Below are positions 1 to 10,370 of a DNA stretch of 59,724 nucleotides, piece by piece. A program made the translations under genes and the position numbers. Within the stretch, counting starts at the first letter, position 1; each line of letters starts with the position of its first letter. Under the pieces are notes generated by a model. It saw only the letters and a list, made by a program, of their open reading frames with translations. It had not been told where the DNA came from and made no database searches. Location of the stretch: NCBI GenBank assembly GCA_003427395.1, contig BFEA01000031.1, positions 4,568,848 through 4,628,571 of the forward strand, written 5' to 3'. Source of the stretch: Chara braunii. Taxonomy: Eukaryota > Plantae > Charophyceae.

Positions 1-1107
1 GGGGAACAACCGGATCAACACACTCGTACTCCTAAGCAGACGGTCCCCCAGTTCAGTTTCCCCGTCCCCGCCCGGACGAGTACATACACACATACATGCA
101 TGCAATCAACAAACTTTGACAGGACATCTAATCATCCATGGACCTTCGACATCATTCGTGCGCACCACCAGCTCCCATCACTCGGGGCTTCACACACACG
201 ACATGCATAGACCAAGCAGCAATGGAGATAAAAGCGAGTCCTTCTTGTACACAAAAATTTCAATTAACTGCCGCCCCCAGGTGCAGCCTTCAAAACTCCC
301 CAAGACCACCGACCACCATAGCCACAAGGCCCTTCCGCGGCCGGCGTCCAATCCCCACCACTGCTCAGTCCCTCCGACTGCTTCGCCCCGAGACTACCGC
401 GGGTCCACCCCACGTCGTCACTCCGCCCGTCCTTGGGCTCGTCGAGCCTGTTCGGCGCCGCGGACTCTTGCGGAGCATTGCAGCCGAGATCAAAGAGAGA
501 GAGAGGAGAGGGTTGGGCAAATTTATAGCGCGGGAGGCGGCCGGTTGTTAGCGCAAGGTGCGGGCAGCGCAGGTTGTAGATGAGAAGGACAGGAGGAAGG
601 TGGGGAGTTAAAGGGTTCGACCCGCGGGATGGCATGGTCCTACGTGATTGGGGTGTCCGTTCAAGTGGCGCATGGTTTCCCGCTCTCCACATTGATCCGA
701 GCATCCCAACTACGCGGCCAATCACTTCGCGGGGTAAGAAACGAGCTGGGCGGAGGGGAAGACGAAGAGTCCGGTCATGGGAAAAATGCACGCAGCAAGG
801 AGGGAAGATAGCGCGAGGATGCAAAGCAAGAAACGGGGATGCGAGACGCGCGAAGAAATCGGAGCTTGGGCGCGCGCGCGCAAAAATTCAAAAGTCCCAA
901 CCGCACCCGTTTGTTGGCTTTCATGTCGCGGCCGCTATTCGCCCGCGGAAGTTATTAACCAAACAAAATGAAAAAGCCGTTTCATAAAGAAAACAAAAGC
1001 AAAAAGAAAGAAACCCCCTTTCTATCCACGTCCGTAGTTCGGGACTCCCGCGGGATTTTTCCTCAGGGATACGGCAAGCCGCGCGGTACGGATCTGAGCT
1101 TATCACA
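1..1107 (-). repeat. 3' LTR of element 1 (partial)
   Basis: Aligns to 9277-10370 at offset 9276 with scattered substitutions and an indel near 975-990; starts TGTGATA on the minus strand; TATAAA on the minus strand at ~521-526. Confidence 0.88.
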
Positions 1108-1572
1108 TCTGTGATACGCAGGGGGTTCCAAAAAATTAGCAGTCTCCCGACTGCTGATGTCATCATATCTTGGATGATCGGGCGGCCTCTCCATCGTCAG
1201 CTGGCCCGATCATCTTCCTAATCTACGTGGATGCATCTTGCATCCTCCATCGCCTCCTCCCATAGTATACATCCGATCGGGCAGCCCCTTCATNNNNNNN
1301 NNNNNNNNNNNNNNNNNNNNNNNNNNNNNNNNNNNNNNNNNNNNNNNNNNNNNNNNNNNNNNNNNNNNNNNNNNNNNNNNNNNNNNNNTATATATACAGC
1401 GCGTCTCGACGCGCAAATAGGAGAAGAAGAAGAAGGGAGGCATTTAGTACGGGACAGGGGGAATAGCTTGGAAGTTGAGAGGAGCAGCGGGAGGGAGAAG
1501 CGCGGGGAGCTGCGACACCAACACAATCGGTTTGTCCTCTGCCCTACGCAGCAGCACCTCGTGGGCTGTGAA

Positions 1573-2007
1573 TCAGTGTCCCCCTCGTCCTTGCAATCTG
1601 GCCGCTTCCACCGCGTATTCGCGCACAAAGCTGCGCGCCGGCTCCCGATTCGGCTGCGGTAGGATCGTCAAGTCTCCGATGAAGGTGGCGACGCTGTGCA
1701 CGAAATTGGGTGCCACCTGGAGAGCGCGGAGCTCAATGAATACTCGGGTCGTCTCCCGGCCAGGCAACAGCGTCACGTCCACGTACACCCCCGCATACGT
1801 CAGCCGATCGCAAAGCAACGAGTACGCCGCCAAATCCGCAACCCCGGGCGCCGGCACATTCACTTGCTGAATGTCGTACCGCAACTGCCTCTCCTCATTG
1901 AACCGATGCCGCAACAGGCGATCTGCAAGTGGCGTCTGGAAATGCTCGAGGGGCTCATGCTCCGGCTGGCGATGGTTCATCCTGCTCCGTGAAACTCTCA
2001 GTACCAA
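1573..2007 (-). CDS. Extra ORF 3' of integrase, unknown function
   Basis: 144-aa globular-looking ORF overlapping the integrase end, same strand, inside the element. Confidence 0.4.
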   Translation of the reverse strand: MVLRVSRSRMNHRQPEHEPLEHFQTPLADRLLRHRFNEERQLRYDIQQVNVPAPGVADLAAYSLLCDRLTYAGVYVDVTLLPGRETTRVFIELRALQVAPNFVHSVATFIGDLTILPQPNREPARSFVREYAVEAARLQGRGGH

Positions 2008-3718
2008 TGGACGAGGCAGATCGGGAAGAGGAGGAGGAGGAGGATGAAGAAGGAGAGGGTGATCTCACAGGAGCGGGGGTCCGTAGGGGACCTAGCGATG
2101 GCTGGAAAGGCCGGAGCGCGGCCGTGTGCCGTGTCAGCGGTCGGGCCTGGGAGTTGTGACGGGGAATCAGCTTCACGGAGTGTTGTCCCTGTGCGCAAAC
2201 TTTCGTGACCTCGTAAATGCCTGTATAGCTTGGGTGGATCTTGGAGTAGCGCGCAGATTTCCGTACCTGCACCAAGTCACCAACTTTATAGCGGGGTAGT
2301 GGTCCCGCCGACGTGTGTCGATTCTCGTAATCACGGATTTGCCGTTGATGTGTCCGATCTACGGCCTGCTGTCGACGGCGAGCTAACGGGGGATAGGCCC
2401 TAGCCATTAAGTCCATGTAGTGGCGGGCCTTGTCTCGATTCTGGGCCCGCGTTGCTCTAACTTTCGTACCTACTAAGGGGGACAATTGCACCCGAGGGAC
2501 ACTATTGGTTCTCAGTTGAAAGGGGGACACCCCAGTAATACTGTGTGGGGTAGCCCGATAAACGGCCAAAATGTGGTCGACAATGACCGGCCAGGGTCGG
2601 GTGTCTCCCGCAGTGATATTACATCTAAGGGCCGTCTTAATCAGTCGGTTGGTATTTTCTACCAGGCCATTGGCTTGAGGCCAATGCCCCGACGAGTAGA
2701 TAATCTTAACGTCCGCCTTGACTAGGTGACGTTCTACTTCGCCTTGAAATTCCGACCCATTGTCCATGTGTACCTCTTCTACGTCTAGATGCATGCACAA
2801 AAATCGATTTACGTACCAGGCTACTTCCTGCGAATTCCAGTTGGTCATAGGGTACGCCTCGATCCATTTTGAAAAATGATCGACGGCCACTAAAAGAACA
2901 TTGAGTTCTCCCTGATCGACGGGCCCTCTCGGAACGTTGATATCCGTCGTATCGATGCTAACCCTCTTAAGGGGGCGCTCTACACGAGTGGGCACCATCG
3001 TCCGAGGCATCTGTACCGGCGCTTTGTCCGCCGCGCAGGCCGGGCAATTTTCAACGATGTATTTCACATCTTCCCGGATTCCCGACCAGTACCATCCGTT
3101 CTTTTCTAAGGCTTTTTCCGTATACTTGACCGCGAAATGGACCGCATCCTCTTCATGAGCGGCTCGTGTCCAATCGAACCTAGCGAGAGGGTGTGGAACC
3201 GTCAACCAGCTAGACCCTCCCTCATCATCGACTTTTCGTTTTTGTAACGTCAGTCCCTGCCAACGATAGTCCTTTGCCCGCTCCGTAAGTCTCCGCCTCT
3301 CAGCTTTACTAAGTTCTGACAGCGAGTCGCCTGACAGCCTCCGTAGCAACAGAAGGTCCGTCCAGGCTTCTGCCCAGCGGGCACTTCGCGCAAATCCGTC
3401 GGTTGTTCTGGCGTCCAGATACCGCTTCTCGGTAGGGACTTGGTCCGTTCTATAGTTGGGACAGACCCATGTCTTTTCACTTCGGTACCTAACGCACTGT
3501 CCGTGAGATTTGACCGCATGACACCGACTACATTGTACCCATAAAACAAAACTGGGCCCTCCCAGATGTGACCCTTCTTGGTCCGGGACCATAGGCAAAG
3601 TACATAAGAAATAGGGACTTAGATGCGTTTCAGGGGACGAGTAGGGACTAGACGAGAGAGCGAGGGAGTTGGATGAGGGCAAAGAGATCGCGTCTGCCAT
3701 CTCCGGCGAAACCTCCAT
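1955..3718 (-). CDS. PHD finger plus DDE integrase (pol C-terminus)
   Basis: PHD-like FLC...WVQCSRC...HGQC...WVCPN; HHCC (HEEDAVH...CPAC); D (SIDTTD), D (MDNGSEF), E (ANGLVEN); GPY/F-like YTGIYEV. Confidence 0.9.
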   Translation of the reverse strand: MEVSPEMADAISLPSSNSLALSSSPYSSPETHLSPYFLCTLPMVPDQEGSHLGGPSFVLWVQCSRCHAVKSHGQCVRYRSEKTWVCPNYRTDQVPTEKRYLDARTTDGFARSARWAEAWTDLLLLRRLSGDSLSELSKAERRRLTERAKDYRWQGLTLQKRKVDDEGGSSWLTVPHPLARFDWTRAAHEEDAVHFAVKYTEKALEKNGWYWSGIREDVKYIVENCPACAADKAPVQMPRTMVPTRVERPLKRVSIDTTDINVPRGPVDQGELNVLLVAVDHFSKWIEAYPMTNWNSQEVAWYVNRFLCMHLDVEEVHMDNGSEFQGEVERHLVKADVKIIYSSGHWPQANGLVENTNRLIKTALRCNITAGDTRPWPVIVDHILAVYRATPHSITGVSPFQLRTNSVPRVQLSPLVGTKVRATRAQNRDKARHYMDLMARAYPPLARRRQQAVDRTHQRQIRDYENRHTSAGPLPRYKVGDLVQVRKSARYSKIHPSYTGIYEVTKVCAQGQHSVKLIPRHNSQARPLTRHTAALRPFQPSLGPLRTPAPVRSPSPSSSSSSSSSRSASSIGTESFTEQDEPSPAGA

Positions 3719-3719
3719 T

Positions 3720-5180
3720 CCAGACTAAGGCGTCGTTCTTGCACAACACGTGTAGCTCTCCGTAGTGCGGTTTCATCGCCGCGACTTCTGGCCTCCACGG
3801 AATGAGTCGCTCGTTGGCGGGACACTTGTTGGGTGGCAGGAGGCGTGTTAATCCATCGGCGTTCCCATGCTGCCGCGTGGCACGGTGGCGGATGTCGAAG
3901 TCATAGTCTTGCAGACACACCGCCCACCTGCCCTGCGTCCCCGTGTAGTCCGAGTTGTTGTGTAAGGACAACAGCGACTGATAATCTGTTACCAACACAA
4001 ATTTCTGGCCATAAAGATACGGTCAGAAATGCTGGATCCCCCACACCACCGCCATGCATTCACCTTTGCACGCTTCGTAATTAGCATGCGCCTGGCTCAG
4101 CGTCTTGGACGCATACTCAATGACGTGTTCCCTTCCGTCCGCCCCGTGCTGAGTCAGCACCGCCGATATCGCCTGAGGCTGTCAGTCTGATAACAGTGCG
4201 AACGGTCTTGTCGGGTCGGGGCGCACCAACACAGGAGCAGATGTCTGAGCCTCCTTCAACGCTTGAAACGCCGCCTCGCATTCCGGCGTCCAGATCAGCT
4301 GTTCCTCTTTCTTCAGCAGGTTCGTGAGGGGCTTCGCTATACCGGCGAACCCCTTGATGAAGCGTCGGTAATAGGATGCGAGCCCTAGAAAAGCCCGAAC
4401 CTGGGTGAGTGTGATCGGCGCTGGGGCTTCTAGAACTGCTGCCACCTTCCTCGGATCCGGTCTTAGTCCCTCGACCGTGACGATGTACCCCAAGAAGAAG
4501 ATCTCCAACAAGAAGAACTCGCTTTTCTCCAAGGTCACTTTGAACCCTTCATCTTTTAGTGCATGCAAAACCCACTCAATGTGTTCCACGTGGTACTCGT
4601 GTATTTTTGAAAAGACCAAAATATCATCCATGTACACAATCACGGAAAAATTGATCAGGGGATGGGTCAGTCGGGTTTTGTTAACGAACTCAGCGAAGGC
4701 CATATTCATGGCTCGCTGAAACGTTGCAGGGGCGTTACAAATTCCCATGGGACACCGGACCCATTGCCACGTGCCTTCAAATAGGACAAAAGCGGGTTTG
4801 GGTCGGTCCTCCGGTCGGACTGCGACATGGTGAAAACCGTGTCGGATATCGAACTTGGAAAAGACTCGAGCGGCCCCGATAGTATCCAACAAATCGTCGA
4901 TTCGCGGCAAGGGATACACATCTTTGGTAGTGATAGCGTTCAATTTTCGGTAGTCGATACATACCCGGACCGAACCATTTCGTTTTGGCACGAGGACCAC
5001 GGGAAAAGACCACGGTCCTAGCGATGGTTCGACCCACCCCAACCGCTCGAATTCCCGTACCCTTTCCAACGCCAGCTGTCTTTCTTTGAGGGAATATCGG
5101 TACGGTCAGCAATGTATCGGGGCGTGATCCCCGATATCAATCGCGTGCTGTATCAAAGGGGTTAACCCTATGTTTTGGTC
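3720..5180 (-). pseudogene. pol: Reverse transcriptase and RNase H of pol (interrupted)
   Basis: RVCIDYRKLN, DVYPLPRIDDLL, PMGICNAPATFQR, VYMDDILVFS, FLGLASYYRRFI; RNase H tail LVTDYQSL...RWAVCLQDYDF...NADGLTR; stops at ~5106, ~4182 and ~4023. Confidence 0.92.
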
Positions 5181-5885
5181 GTGAATACTGACGGCCTCAG
5201 GATAGGCCCGTATAACTGCCAGGAGGATGTGTCGGTATTCATCCGGAACACGGGCTGGTAACTGAACTTCTACGGTTCCCCCAGGAAGGGAGACCGTCGT
5301 CGTAACCGTGGGGACTGCCGCGTTGGCATCGGGCGAGGCCTCAAACAAAGAGTTGTCGGTTTTCGCCAAAAGGACAGTCGCAATCAGTTGACTGTCCGCC
5401 GGGCTCATCGGCTCGCTTTCCATGTCACTGTTACTATCCAGTTCGGGTTCGGCCGAGGGTTCGACCGAAAAGGCCTGCGCCAGTTCCCTCGGTCCCCACC
5501 GATACTCCCTTGTTCGGGGTTGAAACGACACCCCCTCTTTCAGGAGTATCGCGGCTTTTTCATTCGTGAGTAGGGGCCGTGGGGGTNGAAAAGATAAANC
5601 NCACAGCCCCCTCAGCTCGGTAAATCTTTCAGGTAGGGGGTCCGTCCTGAGATACAAGGACGCAGGGGGTTCCGATAGGTCAGCTATTCGGGACACCCTC
5701 AGCAGGGGTTCCCCCTGCACCACGGAGGAGAACGCGTGCGACCAATTGGACTCGATCCGAACTATTTCCAGTGGTTCTCGCCGCCAAGAATGGCGCCACC
5801 GATCCTAAGCTCGGATCGGATATCGGTCGGGTACATCAGTCTTGTCAGTTTCCGTCGAGGGTTCATTTTCGTCTGGTGACAGGCG

Positions 5886-7226
5886 TCAGATCATGTTGAT
5901 TTGATAGGCTTTCGTGGTGAGGCGAGGCGCCAGCTGGGTACACGTGCGCACCGCCAGTCTCATTGGTATCGTTTGGGGTTTGGGGTGGGCCGATGTGAGC
6001 ACCACCTTACAGTTGTCAAAGTGCATTCGCGCTCCGACCGCCGCCTGCCACGGAATGCCTAGCAGAACATCATACGCCTGTACATCCAGCACGATCACGT
6101 CACACAAACAATGCACCCGCCCCACCCGTATAGGCATGTTCATTATTCGCCCTTTACAATGAATATTGTCTTCCGTAGCGGATATATACAACTCATCCGG
6201 TCAGAGGGGATGAACCTGTCCTTCCCTTCCCAACCTTTTCGTCAATCTCCAAGAAATGGCGACCGCCGACGATCCGGAGTCTAGGATGGCGGCCGAGGGG
6301 TTTCTCCAGACCTCGCAGTCACACTCAACGCTTTTCCAGGTTATAGGATAGGCTCGGAGGAATACATCGGGTTTTTCCGAGGCAGAGTCTACGGTCTGGA
6401 TCATTCCTATCCGGTCGGCTTCGTGCACCTTTGAGGTCGAGGGCGGCGACTCCTCGTTTGTGGGTAGGTCCCGTAGGACCGACTTTTTGCCCTTTCGACT
6501 TTCCTCGAATCGGCGCCTGTTTTTGGGGCACCGTTCGATCAACTTTTCGTTAGCCGCTTCGGAAATGGTTAGCAGATAGGGAATAGGGACGGGGATCCGA
6601 AGATCCAGAGCCTTCAAGGCATCCAATACGTCGATATGGCCATCCTTGCATTCAGGGCCAGGTGCTGCAAGGTCTTCGAACCCTGGTCGCCACGGCCCGA
6701 GGTCGCTTTGCTTGGTAATTCGTTGGACGTGACGTATCACTCCAATGGTCCCGGGTTCGAACAAAGCCGCAACCATGTATTCATCGGGCCCTATCTCGGT
6801 GGCCGCAGGGGTCACCATTTCCGTTGCCTCGGTATCCATCACCGTGGCCACCCTCCCCTGTCCTGCAACGGTTGGAGCAGCCAGCGGGATTTGGGAAGGC
6901 CCAGCAGGCCCACCCTGAGCTCGAGGTTTCGGGCAATCTTTCGCAAGGTGACCTGGATGATTGCAGTTATAACAGCGTAGGGACTGGACAGCCCCGACCG
7001 CGACCGGTCTTATCATAGGGGCCCCGGCGGCCATAGCCGCTTGTTGCCGTTGTGTGGCAGCTAGGCGTTGCCGCTGCAGGCCCTGAACAAACTCCGTCAA
7101 CGGGGCCACTACCGTAACTAATTGGGCCGCGACCTCCTTCATGGACACTTCTTCTTCACCCCGGCCTCCTTGTGCTTGACTAGGGCGACAGGAGGCCGAA
7201 GCAGAGGAAGACGCTCTCTGATCCAC
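5886..7226 (-). pseudogene. Gag zinc knuckle plus aspartic protease (frame change from gag, in-frame stop at ~6201)
   Basis: CYNCNHPGHLAKDC (CCHC knuckle); AILDSGSS protease active site; C-terminal YDVLLGIPW in ORF 5886-6191. Confidence 0.85.
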
Positions 7227-7975
7227 ACCTTTTTTGTTGGACCCAACTCGAAGCGATCTTCGAACATTCGTGTCGTAGCGGAGTTGCTATTGCGTCGAAC
7301 ACCCGAAGGGTCATCTTCGTCGGATTCTGAGTCTAGGCCCACATCGTAATTTTCTTTCCCGTACTTAATTGCATATTGAATTAGCTCCGTCAGGGTATGT
7401 TTTATAAGGTTGCATTTCTTGCGGATCTTTTTCCGCAGACGAGAATCTGACAGTCCTCTGATGAAATCAATCCGTACCATTTTCTCGTCCACCCCGGAGC
7501 GTTCGGCTAAGTACGTAAAACGTTCAGCATATCTGGCCAAGGTCTCCCGAGGCTGCTGCGTGTTATCCTTTATTAAACGAAGGCATTGACCTGGTGCGAT
7601 CTGATCAAACCTATCGAGGAATTTCCTCTGGAAGGCTGCCCAATTGGTGAAGAGGTTATGTCCATACCACTCCAACGCGGTTCCGGCTAACCTTCCGGGA
7701 ATTCGTTCTCGGAGCAACTGATCCGACCAGCCCTGGGCTTTCAAGGCAGCTAGCCAGGTGCGAGGGTCGGTGTCGTCTTCGGAGAAAATAGGAACTTCGG
7801 AACGAGGAGGTACAAAGTACAGGGGATAATTCGCCATCCCCGCGTGGTTGTCGCCGTCATTTTCACCCCCAATTCCGGGTTCCACCATCCCGGGAGGTGG
7901 GTTTCGAGCCCGGCCTCTCGCTCGGTTTTGATTGCTATTCGCGGGTCTCCGTCGACGGGGAGCCAGCCTACTCAA
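7139..7975 (-). CDS. gag: Gag (capsid-like region)
   Basis: Retrotransposon-gag motifs LAGTALEWY, WAAFQRKFLDRF, QQPRETLARYAERF, FIRGL. Confidence 0.85.
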   Translation of the reverse strand: MSRLAPRRRRPANSNQNRARGRARNPPPGMVEPGIGGENDGDNHAGMANYPLYFVPPRSEVPIFSEDDTDPRTWLAALKAQGWSDQLLRERIPGRLAGTALEWYGHNLFTNWAAFQRKFLDRFDQIAPGQCLRLIKDNTQQPRETLARYAERFTYLAERSGVDEKMVRIDFIRGLSDSRLRKKIRKKCNLIKHTLTELIQYAIKYGKENYDVGLDSESDEDDPSGVRRNSNSATTRMFEDRFELGPTKKVWIRERLPLLRPPVALVKHKEAGVKKKCP

Positions 7976-8073
7976 AATGTGAAAAATATAATGAAAAGAT
8001 CAAAAAGAAAAAAAGGAGAAACTTTAAAACAGGGTAATCGTCCTAGGAAAACCTCGGAGCCGAAACGAACCTC

Positions 8074-8085
8074 GCTCCGATACCA
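8074..8085 (-). promoter_or_regulatory. PBS-like motif (tRNA-iMet type)
   Basis: Minus strand reads TGGTATCGGAGC versus the canonical plant iMet PBS TGGTATCAGAGC; lies ~100 nt upstream of gag. Confidence 0.7.
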
Positions 8086-10370
8086 ACCTCACGCCCCCTC
8101 GCGGCTTCCCGTACGGGGTCGCCGATCAGAGTTCTAGGAGCGGCGTGGCCGAGGATTTTTGGCCATAAGGGTTGAGTCTCCCGGAGGGAACGGGAGGCCC
8201 TCGTTTCGTGCCAGAGGTTTTCCCCAGAGTCAAACTGTCGTCGCGGAGTCCCGTGGGGGTCGGATCACTTCGAAACGATAAAATCAAAAAAGGTTCCGCA
8301 AAAATGAACTGTCGTCATGCATCGGGACGGAAAAAGGCATCAAGCGGGGGGAGGGCCATGGCGACGGAGGACAAAACTTCGGCCGTCAGGGGTTTGGGGG
8401 ATAGGTGGCGGGTTCGAAGCCTTCAGGCCTCATCATCGGCCTCACAAAGTGGCCAAACCCTCAGGTCTTTGTTGTGGAGGTGGTTGGTTCGAGGCCTTCA
8501 AGCCTCGGCGTCGGACTCACAGAGTCCGCGCGAAAGTTTCCGGGAGGGTAAAGCGGCGGGAGGACTCGCCGACATCTGAATTCGAAATTGCGTGGGCAGC
8601 GCCCCCGCACTACGGGAAAGCTCGGGGAAACGTGTCGCTCCCTCGTAACCCAAGACCAGCCGTCGCCAAGAACACGAGTCCCCCTGGCGACACCAACGAC
8701 AATCAAACTGCGGCCGCCACACGACGTGAGCGGCCGACCATGGCAACACCGTCAAACCTGTATATGGCAATATTTAAGTTAGAGTCGGGGAATCAAAACG
8801 ATCAATCAAAACAAACCCGTTCCCCCTTATCTCACAAACCCGAGGCGGGTCTTGCCAACACACTTACTCCGTCCGCCTCAGCGCGCGCCGTACGTCCGCA
8901 TCGCAATAGACGCTGTCGTCATCTGCGATGGGGAAGGTCGGTAGCGAGATGAGACGATCGGAGGTACGTGATGAACACGGCAAGGTCCCGTGTTCTCGTT
9001 CATCCAAACCAACACCGAATCCATACAACAATCGTCGCAACTCTTCTCTCTCTAAGGTGGGTGCGTCGAGGGAAGACGACGAAGTCTAAGCTCTCTCCCC
9101 TTGCGGGGGCGTCGACCGTTCACGCGGATGCAAGCGATTGACGTCACCGGTACGGGGGCGAGAAGCTAAAAAAGCGATGACTATTAGTTCAAAAAGGAAA
9201 GCAATCGAGAGGGAGAGAGAGAGAGAGTGAGTTACGCCGAGACCGCGCACCAGCGCAGGAAAGACCACTGAGGGGAGGGGAACAACCGGATCAACACACT
9301 CGTACTCCTAAGCAGACGGTCCCCCAGTTCAGTTTCCCCGTCCCCGCCCGGACGAGTACATACACACATACGTGCATGCAATCAACAAACTTTGACAGGA
9401 CATCTAATCATCCATGGACCTTCGACATCACTCGTGCGCACCACCAGCTCCCATCACTCGGGTCTTCACACACACGACATGCATAGACAAAGCAGCAATG
9501 GAGATAAAAGCAAGTCCTTCTTGTACACAAAAATTTCAATTAACTGCCGCCCCCAAGCGCAGCCTTCAAAACTCCCCAAGACCACCGACCACCATAGCCA
9601 CAAGGCCCTGCCGCGGCTGGCGTCCAATCCCCACTACTGCTCAGTCCCTCCGACTGCTTCGCCCCGAGACAACCGCGGGTCCACCCCACGTCGTCACTCC
9701 GCCCGTCCTTGGGCTTGTCGAGCCTCTTCGGTGCCGCGGACTCTCGCGCAGCATTGCAGCCGAGATCAAAGAGAGAGAGAGGAGAGGGTTGCGCAAATTT
9801 ATAGCGAGGGAGGCGGCGGGTTGTTAGCACGAGGTGCGGGCAGCGCAGGTTGTAGATGAGCAGGACAGGAGGAAGGTGGGGAGTTAGAGGGCTCGACCCG
9901 CGGGATAACATGGTCCTACGTGATTGGGGTGTCCGTTCAAGTGGCGCGTGGTTTCCCGCTCTCCACATTGATCCAAGCATCCCAACTACGCGGCCAATCA
10001 CTTCGCGGGGTAAGGATCGAGTTGGGCGGAGGGAAAGACGAAGAGTCCGGTCATGGGGAAAATGCGCACAGCAAGCAGGGAAGATGGCGCGAGAATGCAA
10101 AGCAAGAAACGGGGATGCGAGACGCGCAAAGAAATCGGAGCTTGGGCGCACGCGCGCAAAAATTCAAAAGTTCCAACCGCACCCGTTTGTTGGCTTTCAT
10201 GCCGCGGCCGCTATTTGCCCGCGGAAGTTAATAACCAAACAAAATGGAAAAGAAAACAAAAGCAAAAAGATAGAAAACCCCTTTCTATCCGCGTCTGTAC
10301 TTTGGGACTTCCGCGGGATTTTTCCTCAGGGATATGGCAAGCCGCGCGGTACGGATCTGAGCTTATCACA
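8086..10370 (-). repeat. 5' LTR of element 1 (~2.3 kb)
   Basis: Right end TATCACA at 10370; left end placed next to the PBS-like motif at 8074-8085 (boundary approximate). Confidence 0.8.

Larger units (their letters stand above)
1..10370 (-). mobile_element. Ty3/gypsy LTR retrotransposon (element 1), near complete, with disabling mutations; left LTR runs off the window
   Basis: Direct repeats 1-1107 and 9277-10370 both end ...GAGCTTATCACA. Minus-strand domain order gag-ZnK-PR-RT-RH-PHD-IN. Caveat: N-gap at 1294-1388 lies between the internal region and the left LTR. Confidence 0.92.

Noticed and set aside
116-987. ORFs of 135-203 aa here and at 9392-10433
   Set aside because: They lie inside GC-rich LTRs, overlap in several frames and show no domain motifs.
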